This document shows positions 1-10,539 of a stretch of 64,000 nt of DNA, in pieces (the first letter of the stretch is position 1; the number at the start of each line of letters is the position of its first letter). The notes under the pieces are model-generated. The model did not search any database. It saw nothing but the letters and a program-made list of their open reading frames with translations, and had not been told where the DNA came from. Source of the DNA: a virus. The stretch is taken from IMG/VR virus record IMGVR_UViG_3300042397_000475, positions 2,254-66,253 of that record. One strand, written 5' to 3'. Both the position numbers and the translations under genes were made by a program.

Positions 1-133
1 CATTGTTATCTGCATATAATACAGCCGATTTAACAGCGTCTTGTTGCAAATTACCATATATGTATAAGCTACCTGAAGCGGTATCTATAGTTAGGCAATT
101 CGACAAAGAATCTAATAATTGGTCTATTCTCAT
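1..133 (-). CDS. Hypothetical protein, 5' part only (runs off the window edge)
   Basis: ATG at 133 on the minus strand, open to position 1 (MRIDQLLDSLSNCLTIDTASGSLY...); same orientation as the structural module. Confidence 0.6.
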   Translation of the reverse strand, partial: MRIDQLLDSLSNCLTIDTASGSLYIYGNLQQDAVKSAVLYADNN

Positions 134-145
134 TTATTTTAAGGT

Positions 146-178
146 AAAAGGGCGAATGCATTTAAGCAATCGCCCCAA
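146..178 (-). terminator. Rho-independent terminator
   Basis: Minus strand GGGCGATTGC-ttaaat-GCATTCGCCC followed by TTTT, just downstream of the 202..633 stop. Confidence 0.6.
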
Positions 179-201
179 TAATTATCCTAAGATTATGTCC
201 A

Positions 202-633
202 TTATTCTTTGATTAAACGGAATACTAAATCATAACGCTCGTCAGACTTAATATCCTTAATGTCTTTCAAAGATAAAGGATTGTACTCAAATTCTTTCTC
301 TTCTAACAATAACTCATTGTATTGCTTCTTGAATTCAGTGAAATCGGGATGCTCTACTTTTTGCTCTTCATCTGCCCACATAGGGATAGAAAACTTACCC
401 TCCTCTTCTTCTTTGCCAAACTTCTTGATTAATTCTTGTCTTAAATCGTCAACAATCTTTTTTTCGGCTGCTAATGCGTCAGACAATTTCTTTAATCGGT
501 ATTTGGTAACAAGGTCTAACTTTTCTCCAAATAATCCCTTAGAGATTACCTCTCCAGTTTCTTGGTTTACTAAGCCATTTAACTCGGCTTCTAAGCCTAC
601 GATTTCGGTAATAGATAATTTAATTTTTTCCAT
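202..633 (-). CDS. Hypothetical phage protein (143 aa, charged; typical of tail-fibre-associated genes)
   Basis: ORF track; has its own TATATTTG promoter; lies downstream of the fibre genes. Confidence 0.7.
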   Translation of the reverse strand: MEKIKLSITEIVGLEAELNGLVNQETGEVISKGLFGEKLDLVTKYRLKKLSDALAAEKKIVDDLRQELIKKFGKEEEEGKFSIPMWADEEQKVEHPDFTEFKKQYNELLLEEKEFEYNPLSLKDIKDIKSDERYDLVFRLIKE

Positions 634-655
634 TTCTATGTTTGGTTATTTTTAA

Positions 656-663
656 CAAATATA
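656..663 (-). promoter_or_regulatory. Bacteroidota sigma-A -7 element (TATATTTG)
   Basis: Matches the TAnnTTTG consensus ~22 nt upstream of the ATG at 633. Confidence 0.65.
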
Positions 664-671
664 ATAAATAA

Positions 672-1103
672 TTAGCAGTCTACGACGTTGTCCTCTCCAA
701 ACAAGTCTACTAGCTTAGCTTTTAAATGAGAGTAGCCAAATGCAAAGATATCAACGCCCTCTGCAGACGATAAATCTGGCACAGTAACTGTAACTATTTC
801 TACTCGGTCAGGGAATGGATTGCCGTCGGTATCTGTTCCTGAAACCTCATAAGTATTAGTGCGTTCTTCTTGTCTAGTAAGCGGAACGTATAAACTGTCT
901 CCAATTTGCTGGTTGCGAGCTAATCCTGCTGTCATACCTGGCATAGCCGTAACTACTTGAGTTGCATCTTCTTGTGATTGGAAGATTTCTACTTGGAAGT
1001 TAGCTGAGCCAAATTTAGATAGTTGGTAGTTTGATATACGCACATAAGCTTCTGATGTGATACCTTTGTCTGTCCCGATTTGGGTAGTGATTTTTAATGC
1101 CAT
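672..1103 (-). CDS. Tail-fibre-associated hypothetical protein
   Basis: 143 aa ORF co-oriented and contiguous with the fibre genes. Confidence 0.7.
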   Translation of the reverse strand: MALKITTQIGTDKGITSEAYVRISNYQLSKFGSANFQVEIFQSQEDATQVVTAMPGMTAGLARNQQIGDSLYVPLTRQEERTNTYEVSGTDTDGNPFPDRVEIVTVTVPDLSSAEGVDIFAFGYSHLKAKLVDLFGEDNVVDC

Positions 1104-1138
1104 TTTAATTTATTGTTTAAAGTTTAAAGTTAATAATA

Positions 1139-1501
1139 TTAGCAGGTAGAACCTTGTGTTTTTGTGCCATTCCCACTAGTTATATTTACTGTACCAGATT
1201 GAGCACATACACTGCCTACTGTCCCTCCTGAACCAGAATAGTTATAAAACGAAAACGTAGTATTAGGAACTCCTGCTTTTGTGGTATATGTGCCTTGTAC
1301 GGTAGTGTATCCATTATAAGCTACAATGCTGTATGTATAAGAAACTGGCGTTGCACTATATCCATAAAATTCGCTTACTGCGTGAGGCTCAGTTTTCCCC
1401 GCACTTACACTCATATCTCTTAATGAAATAGCATTATCCCAAACTAATTCAGTAGCTATTTGATTTAGACTTAAAGGTACCCCAAAATTTGGTAAAGCCA
1501 T
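1139..1501 (-). CDS. Small virion/tail-fibre-associated protein
   Basis: 120 aa; N-terminal LSLNQIATEL...ISLRDMS...PHAVSEFYGYS motif of the kind that follows S74-bearing fibres; S/T/G-rich C-terminus. Confidence 0.65.
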   Translation of the reverse strand: MALPNFGVPLSLNQIATELVWDNAISLRDMSVSAGKTEPHAVSEFYGYSATPVSYTYSIVAYNGYTTVQGTYTTKAGVPNTTFSFYNYSGSGGTVGSVCAQSGTVNITSGNGTKTQGSTC

Positions 1502-1502
1502 C

Positions 1503-4500
1503 TTATTTTGCTAATAATTGTTTAATTAATTCTTTAAGCTCAGCTATTTCTGTGTTTTGGGATTCAACCTGAACTTGCTGCTCTTTAATAGCTTGAATAA
1601 ATAAACCTGCCATATTTCCATAAGCAACTGAGTACATATCTTCTTCTGTGCCCGACACAACTTCTGGATGAACCGCTAAAACCTCTTGTGCAATAACTCC
1701 AGCGCTTCTTTTTGTTTTATCTTTAACATCATTACGAGTAAAAGTAACTCCCCGTAACGATTTTACTTTATCTAAGGCATCAGGGATGACTTCAACGTTT
1801 TCTTTTACTCTTGAATCTGAATAAGCTACAATATCTGTTTTAGCCCAAATAGAAGTTGAGGAGCCATCTCCACCAATAATAGCGTCTATAGAACCGTTAC
1901 TACATACGTATAATCCCCAACCCTGTACCTTTCCAGAACCCCAGAAGTTAGGATGCGAATAACCAATACCGTACATTCCGCCAAGAGACGTATCAGATGG
2001 CATATAATTACTACCGATTGTATAAATAGGATTTGTATTAGCGGAGTTTCCGCCAATATTATTATACGACCCTACTAAATATCCTGTTGAATGAGATGGT
2101 CTTCCGATATAGTTAGGCGTAATTGTTCCAGTGTGCCTTGAATCTCCTCCTGATGTAAAATGGTGACCTGCTCCGTTTGAAGGTGCATTACCAATAAAGG
2201 TCATTGAACCGTAAATCCAGTTAGTCCCCCCAGCTGTTGTAATCCCATTTGGGAAGAAAGCAGAGTTTGCTGTACCCCACGGGTTACCATTACTAACATA
2301 TCCTGATGGAGCGTTAACGCTCACAGCGGTGACGTCGCTAAATCTAATTTGTGGATTAATTGCTTCTGCAACTGTATTGAAAGATGTTACAAATGTTATG
2401 TCCCAGTTATTTGATACCGCACTAACATCACTTCTTACATACCCCCCTACAAAATCTATTACAGATACTTGAGGATAAGACCAAGAAGTTGTTGTTTCGC
2501 CAATCCATACGCAGTCATAACTACCATCATTACCAAACCTTACTGTTTTAGGGTCTGCACTAACTCCTCCCATAAAATAAGCACCCCTATGATAAGAACC
2601 TGCAGAGTAAGAGTAGTTGCCAATTGTATATTCTGAAGTAGCATCATTTGTATAATTATAAATCCTAACCTTCATAGACCACATACAATCATTCGCTCTA
2701 AAAGGTAATCTGATTTTTATTGCAGCAGTAATTCCACCAGCATTATATCCATTTGCAGCACCTTGGGGGGCAAATGTTCTTGATATAGTAGCCTGAGAAG
2801 CTGATGAACGAGAGTTGGTTCCAAATGAACCTCCAACTTCTAAGCTATTTTTTAATTTACCATAGCCGCTGCTACCCCACACTTCAAATAATGAATCCCA
2901 TCCATCAGAATGGACCCTAAATGATTCATTTGCCCCTACGTGCATTGCTAAACTAACTCTTCCAGACCAGCTTCTTCCTGCATCACTTTTTCCTATTCTT
3001 AAATTGCCGCTACCTCCTCCAATATGTATGGCTCCCCAGTTTTCAGAACCTCCGTTATTTACTAAAATGTTAGGTGTTCCGTTTCCACGATGAGGCATTT
3101 GAATGTATAACAAATTGGATGCGCCATCAGGGTCTAAATAGTATCCGCCATTATTAGAATCATAAAATGCTGAAGCATACCAATTGCCTGAATCATCACA
3201 CCAGGCTCCCCAAGAGGAAGATTGATTTAAAAATCCAATTCTATTAGAATTGCAGTGGATTTCCCTCATTCCTTCATCAGAGTCAGTCATATATATGGAG
3301 CTAGAACTGCCTCCATAGTTAACAACCAGGTTGCCGTGCAAATTAGTTTCCCTATTAGAGTTGACTCTTAATCCCCAGTTCCCATCATTTGTTAAAATGC
3401 CAATTTGATTAGAATCGTTAACGTAAAAATAGCCTCTAGTTGTACCCCCACTAGTCATCATCTGCATTGCTGCGGTAGAGCCTCCTGAACGCATACCCAT
3501 ATCACTACTTCCTTGAGGATATATATGCCAACCTGTATTTGACCAGTATATACCGTTATTACTAGTATGGTTTCTAAACCATCCACCTGTGGTATAAACA
3601 TCATTTCCGTATACTGAGCCACTACTTGTTACAGTTGTAAATGTCACATCTTGCCCGTGAAACGCAAATTGTTTCCAAGATGCCCAGGCATCATCGTGAT
3701 TATTAGTTTGCCTATAATATAGACGCGCATTAGTAGTATTATAGTTTGTGCCAATTTGAGACATACTATATCTATTGTACCCACTAAAGGTTATTACGTG
3801 AGACCAAGAGCCATCAGCAGAACCGCCACTTCCCATAAAGTCAACACGCATACCACCTCCGCCCATTTGAGAAGCAAGAGTACTTGGTGCATTGTTTTCT
3901 ATATAGCTACCATATTCATAGTAAGGCTTTAAATATTGTCCTGTAGCATCTTTTCTTACTAAACTTCCAATTCCGACACTTCCAACCGCACCTGCATTAG
4001 ATGCGTAAGAAACTGACTGAGAACCAATATTACCTGCGTGAATAACTATATTTCCGCCAACAACCATAGATGTTGCAGCGTATATTGTACTAGCAGACCA
4101 GATATATCCAGTATAATTAGATATCATCCACTGAGCATATGCTGTTGTTGCGCCTACAAAGTTTGATGTAAGAACTCCGTTTCCACTTGAGTTTGCCGCT
4201 GACATACCTACTAGTTCAGCTCCTACAGAGGTGTATCCACCAAATGTATGCTGACCAGTTGGAGCATTTTTCCAATATAATCCCCAGTTAGCAGCATTCT
4301 CTTGGAATATCCAAGCGTCTACTTCTGATACTGCGTGTTTAAGTAAAACAGAGCCTCCTGGTGCAGTAAAAGTTATGCCTCCAGATAATGTTCCTCCAGT
4401 TAATGGGAGAGCATAAGATGAATAATTGCCTGCGTGAAGAACCGCATTTCCTTTATAAGAGAAATCATTCATTCCAACTCTTAAAGTAACAGTTGTCCAT

Positions 4501-7157
4501 CCATAATCAACAACTTCAAAGAATGAAGCATTAGAGCCTCCTCCTAATTGTACTGTCATTGAGCCAGTGCTTCTGTCAGAAGCTCTACCTATCCAAGCTT
4601 CTCCTGAGTTAGAAGTAGAAACAGGGAATTGCCCCATTCTAATATAGCTAGTGCCAGAAGTAGCCATCCAAAGCGAGCCTACAGCTTGAATATTGCCATC
4701 ATTTCTGATTCTTAGATATTCGGTAAATGTTGTCGAAGTGCTTTTCCCAAATGTGATACCTCCTGTAGTTGCGCCTTGCGCTCCTGAATGTATTCTAAGT
4801 TCGCTACTTTGGACTTGTATCCCGTATCTATCTTCTCCTGAATAATAAAAATCAATCTTATTGCCTGTTAAATTTGAAAAAGCAATAATTCCCGTCATCG
4901 TACCTCCTGCCAACGGCAACTTAGTATTATCCGTCGCCGCAACCCCCGCTACCGTAATAACATTTCCAGAAGAATCAAACGCAAGGTATCCTGCGGCTGT
5001 GCCTGTGTAAGATGTTGCGGAGGTGTATCCTGAAATTTGCAATTGACGGTTGTCTTTTATAAAGAACGCATATAAGCTACTTGTTCTATTATAAACACCC
5101 ATACCATCATTCTGTGCTCCAATAGACCATAGATTACCTGCAGCAGATTGGATGTTCATCCATACGCCCCCACCTGTTCCTTGTAGGAATATTCCTTCGT
5201 TCCCAGTTGTGTAGACGTGGAGAGTTTTAGACGGAGAAGTAGTTCCTATGCCTACATTTCCATCGCCTCTAATTCTCATTTTTTCGGCAGTTATGCCGCT
5301 TCCATCACTTACTAAAAATCTTAAATTATTGTTAGCTGAACTTCCATCCGAGTGCTGATGTTCAATTTTGTGCAATCTTACTGTATCATAGCCAGGCTCA
5401 CTAAGTGTAATAGTCCCGTTTAAGTGTATTTGGCTTTGAGGATTAGTTAAACCAAATCCTGAATTACCAGAAGTTGAAATAAATAAGCCGTTACCAGCTA
5501 CCTCTCCAGATGACATTCCGCCACCAAAGTAAACTCCAGTTCCAACTGGTCTCAATACCGCTATATAGTTTGTATTAGCCGCATTAGGTGCCAAAATTCC
5601 TTTATTGTGAGCTATGAAAATTTGTCCTGTTCCATTAAATTCTCCGCCAGCATTTCCTGATGGGTCATAATTAATCGATACGTTAGTATTACTAACGCCA
5701 GTTCCAATTGCTAATACTTTATATGCTGCGCTATATCCTGTGTAAGATGGAGTTAAGATTACTTGATTATAGCCAATTTGAACAGTGCTTGAGAAAATTG
5801 CACTAGTGCCATATAGCGCTGCTCCTAAAGTTGTTGCTCCGCCAACTACTGTTAATCCGCCTCCACTCCCTCCTAAAGAATTTAGCTTAATTAGCATACC
5901 AGCATAATTGTCAAAATTTAGACCATTACTCTCATATCCTGCTACGCCATTTCCTCTTAAGATTCGACCTATTACAGTTGTTCCTGCTTTAAAATCTGCA
6001 TAATATTGAGCAGTTCCGCTTGCTCCATTCTCATTATTGAATATAGCAGCTGAGCTAGAAGCAGCATTACCTGTTGCTGTAATAACGCTACTAAACGTAG
6101 CGCTCGTACCAGTTATTGCGCCAACAAAATTTGCCGTACCATTAACGTCAAGCTTATAAGAAGTTGCCCCATAAGTTGTATATCCAACACTTAAGCTATT
6201 CCCAAAATATGACGTTCCATCTGTGTGCAATAATACTTTAAGCGCACCTGCTGCATTGTAATAATATGCTAAAGCAGTACCATCCACACCAATGTAGAAT
6301 GGATAGGCAGATAATGAGCCATCTGACTTTTCAATACGGAACTGCCCACCTGTAGGGTTAGAACGCATTGAAACAATATTATTGCCTTCTAATACGCCGC
6401 CATTAAGAGATAATGTTGGCGCATTAACAACTGAAGTAAATGTTTTTATACCTGCAACTGTTTGATTACCAGTTAATTTAACTACAGCAGCATCATCCGC
6501 AGGAGTATATCCTAACGCAGCAGCGATAGTTTTATTCTTCCATAAATCAGTTGCTGATTCATAAAACAATCCTTGATTATTAGCTAAAGAGGAGATAGAT
6601 ACGTCGTGGATTTCATCAAGCTCATATCCATTCTGAATCTTAACCTCAATCTGTCCTTGAGTCGGATGCGAACGAGTCACAACACCAATGTAAACTAAGT
6701 GATTAGGCGCTAATTGCTTAGTCGTTGTGTATGTTCCTGCAGTTGTAGACGAAAGGTATAATTGTGCTCCTTCAGTAAATGCACTTGTATTTATACCAGT
6801 AATATCTCCTATAACAACTACATTTCCATTTGAATTGTTAGCTATATCAGTTTGACATAAGCCAAACGTTTGAGCCGATGTAGAATCTCCTGTTGCAAGT
6901 GCTTTTGATACTGTAGGCTTATTGCCAGTAGCTCCCGAAATATAAATAACAGTACCCTTTGTTAAAGTAGCTCCAGTTGTATTTCTTATTTCGCGAACTA
7001 ATGTACCAGCACTAGCGGTTACACCAGGAGCATTATAATCAGTGCCAGCAACCGCAGCAACTAATTTACCGTCAGCGTCAGTTTTAAGTAAAGATGAGGT
7101 TACAGCCGTTTGAGAGACGTAACCTTTTACATCCGCGTTATTTAAAAACTTAGTCAT
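1503..7157 (-). CDS. Long tail fibre / receptor-binding protein with C-terminal intramolecular chaperone (peptidase S74)
   Basis: 1884 aa, G/S/T/N-rich with GNVGIGTTSP and LPLAGGTMTG fibre repeats; C-terminal SDSRVKENV...GVIAQEV...VAYGNMAGLFIQAIKE plus coiled coil. Confidence 0.9.
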   Translation of the reverse strand: MTKFLNNADVKGYVSQTAVTSSLLKTDADGKLVAAVAGTDYNAPGVTASAGTLVREIRNTTGATLTKGTVIYISGATGNKPTVSKALATGDSTSAQTFGLCQTDIANNSNGNVVVIGDITGINTSAFTEGAQLYLSSTTAGTYTTTKQLAPNHLVYIGVVTRSHPTQGQIEVKIQNGYELDEIHDVSISSLANNQGLFYESATDLWKNKTIAAALGYTPADDAAVVKLTGNQTVAGIKTFTSVVNAPTLSLNGGVLEGNNIVSMRSNPTGGQFRIEKSDGSLSAYPFYIGVDGTALAYYYNAAGALKVLLHTDGTSYFGNSLSVGYTTYGATSYKLDVNGTANFVGAITGTSATFSSVITATGNAASSSAAIFNNENGASGTAQYYADFKAGTTVIGRILRGNGVAGYESNGLNFDNYAGMLIKLNSLGGSGGGLTVVGGATTLGAALYGTSAIFSSTVQIGYNQVILTPSYTGYSAAYKVLAIGTGVSNTNVSINYDPSGNAGGEFNGTGQIFIAHNKGILAPNAANTNYIAVLRPVGTGVYFGGGMSSGEVAGNGLFISTSGNSGFGLTNPQSQIHLNGTITLSEPGYDTVRLHKIEHQHSDGSSANNNLRFLVSDGSGITAEKMRIRGDGNVGIGTTSPSKTLHVYTTGNEGIFLQGTGGGVWMNIQSAAGNLWSIGAQNDGMGVYNRTSSLYAFFIKDNRQLQISGYTSATSYTGTAAGYLAFDSSGNVITVAGVAATDNTKLPLAGGTMTGIIAFSNLTGNKIDFYYSGEDRYGIQVQSSELRIHSGAQGATTGGITFGKSTSTTFTEYLRIRNDGNIQAVGSLWMATSGTSYIRMGQFPVSTSNSGEAWIGRASDRSTGSMTVQLGGGSNASFFEVVDYGWTTVTLRVGMNDFSYKGNAVLHAGNYSSYALPLTGGTLSGGITFTAPGGSVLLKHAVSEVDAWIFQENAANWGLYWKNAPTGQHTFGGYTSVGAELVGMSAANSSGNGVLTSNFVGATTAYAQWMISNYTGYIWSASTIYAATSMVVGGNIVIHAGNIGSQSVSYASNAGAVGSVGIGSLVRKDATGQYLKPYYEYGSYIENNAPSTLASQMGGGGMRVDFMGSGGSADGSWSHVITFSGYNRYSMSQIGTNYNTTNARLYYRQTNNHDDAWASWKQFAFHGQDVTFTTVTSSGSVYGNDVYTTGGWFRNHTSNNGIYWSNTGWHIYPQGSSDMGMRSGGSTAAMQMMTSGGTTRGYFYVNDSNQIGILTNDGNWGLRVNSNRETNLHGNLVVNYGGSSSSIYMTDSDEGMREIHCNSNRIGFLNQSSSWGAWCDDSGNWYASAFYDSNNGGYYLDPDGASNLLYIQMPHRGNGTPNILVNNGGSENWGAIHIGGGSGNLRIGKSDAGRSWSGRVSLAMHVGANESFRVHSDGWDSLFEVWGSSGYGKLKNSLEVGGSFGTNSRSSASQATISRTFAPQGAANGYNAGGITAAIKIRLPFRANDCMWSMKVRIYNYTNDATSEYTIGNYSYSAGSYHRGAYFMGGVSADPKTVRFGNDGSYDCVWIGETTTSWSYPQVSVIDFVGGYVRSDVSAVSNNWDITFVTSFNTVAEAINPQIRFSDVTAVSVNAPSGYVSNGNPWGTANSAFFPNGITTAGGTNWIYGSMTFIGNAPSNGAGHHFTSGGDSRHTGTITPNYIGRPSHSTGYLVGSYNNIGGNSANTNPIYTIGSNYMPSDTSLGGMYGIGYSHPNFWGSGKVQGWGLYVCSNGSIDAIIGGDGSSTSIWAKTDIVAYSDSRVKENVEVIPDALDKVKSLRGVTFTRNDVKDKTKRSAGVIAQEVLAVHPEVVSGTEEDMYSVAYGNMAGLFIQAIKEQQVQVESQNTEIAELKELIKQLLAK

Positions 7158-7160
7158 TTA

Positions 7161-8264
7161 TTATTTTTTTATAACTACTCTGTAAGCGTTAGAAGCTGGA
7201 GCTACTGCAAATGATACAGTAACTACAGAAGTTGAAGTAAGAACCACGTCAGTGATTACCTCCTCGTAAGTTGTGTTGTCGTAAATTGAAACAACAACAT
7301 CTCTTGTACCTAAGTTATGAGTCAATGCAAATGAAGTAGCAGAACCGTCTCCTACGTTAGCAGCATATCCTCCAGTACGGTTATCTAATAAAGTCTTTAA
7401 CTTCAAAGGCGTAACGATTGTTGTATCGTCGGAACCTGTGTTAGTTTGAGTCTGTGTTGCAATCTTTGCAAGACCAAGTGTAGTTTCAGTAGCCTGGTCA
7501 CGGTTAACCTCTAAAGAAAACCAGTTTGCAGCATAAGTTGTAGTTGAAGCGTTATCAACCTTAGCGCCTAATACGTCGCCAACATTAAATGCGATTCCGT
7601 CTACTGTGCCAGCAACGCTAACATACCAGTAGTCGCCTTTCTTAGTTCCTGCAGATGGAGTTGAGCCAACTGGGAAAGAACCAGCAGAAGCATCCCAAGC
7701 TCCCTCTAAATTACCTAAAGAACCTGTATTTGCGTCAACATAAGCTTTGACAGCAGCAGCGCTAGGGATATTTGAGTCAGTCGCTCCAGTAAAAGTAGTA
7801 GATGTTAATATTTCAACTTCAGCAACATTACCTGTTGAACCAGATACGTTACCAAGTAACTTGCCGCTTGCAATGGTTTGAATCTTAGCAAATGTTACTT
7901 GATTAGCGCCAATCTTAATAGTTGTAACTGCGCCATCAGCTAATTTGCCTGTAGTAACCCCAAGGTCTTTAATTTGAACCGTGTCTGTGCTAATTTCAAT
8001 CGTAGCATTGTCTACGTTAACACTAAGGGTTACAACATCGCTTTCAGTAGAAGCGCTTAAACCTGCACCACCTAATACATCTTGGATATCTCCAGACATA
8101 TCTACCCAAGCGGTACCGTTGTAGAAATACATACGCAGGTCTGTTGTATCAAAATACACCTGACCAACTACTGGAGATGATGGAGCTGATGATAGATTCT
8201 GAATCGCGACGTTTAATATCTGATTCTTTGTTAAATCTAAATTGGTTAAAAACTTCTTTGCCAT
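7161..8264 (-). CDS. Tail fibre / structural protein
   Basis: 367 aa; ATETTLGLAKIATQTQTNTGSDDTTIVTPLKL fibre repeat; C-terminal THNLGT module. Confidence 0.8.
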   Translation of the reverse strand: MAKKFLTNLDLTKNQILNVAIQNLSSAPSSPVVGQVYFDTTDLRMYFYNGTAWVDMSGDIQDVLGGAGLSASTESDVVTLSVNVDNATIEISTDTVQIKDLGVTTGKLADGAVTTIKIGANQVTFAKIQTIASGKLLGNVSGSTGNVAEVEILTSTTFTGATDSNIPSAAAVKAYVDANTGSLGNLEGAWDASAGSFPVGSTPSAGTKKGDYWYVSVAGTVDGIAFNVGDVLGAKVDNASTTTYAANWFSLEVNRDQATETTLGLAKIATQTQTNTGSDDTTIVTPLKLKTLLDNRTGGYAANVGDGSATSFALTHNLGTRDVVVSIYDNTTYEEVITDVVLTSTSVVTVSFAVAPASNAYRVVIKK

Positions 8265-8272
8265 TGCTTATG

Positions 8273-9508
8273 TTAATTTAAAAATGCCTTGCCGCTAAAT
8301 GCTGCTGAAAATGTTACTACTACCTGGTTTGTATTTGTATAACGTACCTCTCCGATAACTTCATCATTTGCAGAATCAACTATACTAACGGATGGATACT
8401 TGCCTAAATTATGTGTAATTGTCCATACGGCGGCTGCAACAGTCTGAGTATGAACGTAAGCTGTTTTCGCTGTAAAGGTAAGTTTATTGTCACTTACTAC
8501 AATGCTTAATCCTGCATTTGCGGATTCAAATGTAACTGTTTCTCCCTGCGTTACAGAATCTAAATTTGTACCATCAAATAGCTTAAATGATGTACTATTT
8601 GTTGTAGATAATCTAAATGGCAACATTTGAGTTGCCTTATATGTGTATGGATTAGTAGGAGGTAATAATCCTAATAACTGGTCTAATACTGGTTTGCATC
8701 CGTCTAATGTCCCTGTATCATATCTAGCAATTAAATGAGAATATAATCCAAGCACTAAATCATACTCTTCATTTCTTAAAGCATATTCGCTAGGATTAGT
8801 TGTCTTATATACTTCAATCTGGTCTTTATAGGCATTCATTAAAGCAACTAACTCATCTTGAGTAGGAGCTTCTCTAATGTCATATGTTTCTTGCAATAAG
8901 TCAACATAACTTACCGTTAACCAAGACTTAGTAGAATGCGTATAAGCCACGGAAATATCTGATTTGACCAGATATATACCCTCGTAGTATTTCGAGCTGT
9001 GAGAGGGCATTAAAACGTCTCCTACGCTAGTCTTTGTAATTACTCCTACCTCACTAGTAGATGGGGTCGTAGTGTAAAAGTTTCTAGTTAGAACGCCTGT
9101 AAAACTACCAGATGTTTCGTAAGCTGTATCGTCTAAGAACTTAATATCAGGTAAAACTACATCTGATTCATTATTAATAGCCTTTGTCGGCTTCTCCCAG
9201 TTAAAATCAAATGTTTCTTCTTTGGCAAACTGTGCGTTTGCTGCGTTTACTGCAACAAAATTAATAACATAGGTTCCAGTAAGAATACTGTTGTCAACAT
9301 CTGTAATTAAAGATATATTAGTAGAGCCACCTGGCGCACTAATGTCGGGCGATTGGAAGTCTGTGTGTATTACTTTCGACCCATCAGGAAATGTAACCGA
9401 GAAGTTACCCTTGGCTAAGACAAAGCCCGTGGACGTATCTGTCAAACGCAAAACCCTATTTGAGGTCTTTTCGTTTACAATAAATTGGGCATTAAAATTT
9501 GCAGGCAT
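8273..9508 (-). CDS. Virion structural protein
   Basis: 411 aa; C-terminal WTITHNLGKYPSV module shared with the neighbouring gene; lies in the structural module. Confidence 0.7.
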   Translation of the reverse strand: MPANFNAQFIVNEKTSNRVLRLTDTSTGFVLAKGNFSVTFPDGSKVIHTDFQSPDISAPGGSTNISLITDVDNSILTGTYVINFVAVNAANAQFAKEETFDFNWEKPTKAINNESDVVLPDIKFLDDTAYETSGSFTGVLTRNFYTTTPSTSEVGVITKTSVGDVLMPSHSSKYYEGIYLVKSDISVAYTHSTKSWLTVSYVDLLQETYDIREAPTQDELVALMNAYKDQIEVYKTTNPSEYALRNEEYDLVLGLYSHLIARYDTGTLDGCKPVLDQLLGLLPPTNPYTYKATQMLPFRLSTTNSTSFKLFDGTNLDSVTQGETVTFESANAGLSIVVSDNKLTFTAKTAYVHTQTVAAAVWTITHNLGKYPSVSIVDSANDEVIGEVRYTNTNQVVVTFSAAFSGKAFLN

Positions 9509-9529
9509 ACCAGCTTAGGATAATTTGTT

Positions 9530-9537
9530 CAAATATA
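9530..9537 (-). promoter_or_regulatory. Bacteroidota -7 promoter element (TATATTTG)
   Basis: Consensus match 21 nt upstream of the ATG at 9508, just past a terminator. Confidence 0.65.
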
Positions 9538-9555
9538 CGATATTTTATATTGCTT

Positions 9556-9593
9556 TAAAAAAAGAAAAGCGCCACAATATGCAGCGCTCTCTT
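9556..9593 (-). terminator. Rho-independent terminator
   Basis: Minus strand AGCGCTGCA-tat-TGTGGCGCT followed by TTTCTTTTTTT. Confidence 0.7.
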
Positions 9594-9630
9594 ATTAACC
9601 CAACCAAACAAATCAATCCTGTTGTCGGAT

Positions 9631-10446
9631 TTAGCCTAAACGGCTCTTGATGGCTTCTAACTCATCTGGATTTGTTTCTAATAAATGGTCGGCTAATTCT
9701 TTAAAGTAGTTCTTGTCCTTACCCTTAGTGTAAGTAAAGATTACTTTTCCTGTTTCAACCCATTTAAAGCAAGACGCATTAACGTCATTCTTAATAATGT
9801 TCTTTTTAACAGCATCTTTTAATGCAGTTTCATTAGCTAAAGAAGCTCTATCTACTACATCTAAGAACTCTTCAGGATAGTCTCCTGCGTAGTCTTCTAA
9901 TTCATTACGAAGTTCTTCAGTAGTATCAGCGTCAATACCTAATGCTAAGGCTACTTCGCGCGCTTTCTTATCGTCTAACTCTAACGCTAAGTTAACAGCT
10001 TTTACGATTAATTTACGCAAGTTTCTTTCAGTCTTAGCTTCCTTAACTGCATCAACTCGATAGAATAACGCTTCTCTCTCTGGGTCTCTGTTAGGATTTG
10101 ATTGATTATCGTTACATAACTCAATGAATTGATAAATTCTTTGATGAACTGGATTGTTTCCGTTCAAAAAGAGATATCCTAAATTTTGTGCACTAAACAC
10201 AATACTTGTAAACTCCGCCTCTCCTTCTGAATTTGCTCTATCAATTGCAGCAATTTTAATAAATTCCCCTGTCTCTAAGTCTCTGATTTCGTCAGTAGGT
10301 CTTACAGTTTGAGCTGAAGGGACCAAAATTCTTCCTGGATTATCTGGGTCATTTCTGACATTTAAGAGGCGGTATGTAGCTCTTTCGTTAGGTTTCAATT
10401 TCCTAACCATCTTTTCTGAGAAAAGATTAAACTCGGATGGTTTCAT
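9631..10446 (-). CDS. Conserved hypothetical protein downstream of the major capsid gene
   Basis: 271 aa ORF with its own promoter; position matches the crAss-like capsid block. Confidence 0.7.
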   Translation of the reverse strand: MKPSEFNLFSEKMVRKLKPNERATYRLLNVRNDPDNPGRILVPSAQTVRPTDEIRDLETGEFIKIAAIDRANSEGEAEFTSIVFSAQNLGYLFLNGNNPVHQRIYQFIELCNDNQSNPNRDPEREALFYRVDAVKEAKTERNLRKLIVKAVNLALELDDKKAREVALALGIDADTTEELRNELEDYAGDYPEEFLDVVDRASLANETALKDAVKKNIIKNDVNASCFKWVETGKVIFTYTKGKDKNYFKELADHLLETNPDELEAIKSRLG

Positions 10447-10467
10447 TTTTTATTTTGTTTGGTTATG

Positions 10468-10475
10468 CAAATGTA
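10468..10475 (-). promoter_or_regulatory. Bacteroidota -7 promoter element (TACATTTG)
   Basis: TACATTTGCATAACCAAACAA, identical to the element at 12987-13007. Confidence 0.7.
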
Positions 10476-10487
10476 TCAATTATTCTT

Positions 10488-10524
10488 AAAACAAAAAAGA
10501 GGAGGATTGCTCCCCCTCTCTTTG
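10488..10524 (-). terminator. Rho-independent terminator after the major capsid gene
   Basis: Minus strand GAGGGGGA-gcaa-TCCTCCTC followed by TTTTTTGTTTT. Confidence 0.8.
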
Positions 10525-10539
10525 TTATTACTCTTTAGA

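Noticed and set aside
1503-7157. Diversity-generating retroelement or invertible tail-fibre cassette
   Set aside because: No reverse transcriptase, recombinase or template/variable repeat pair seen in the window
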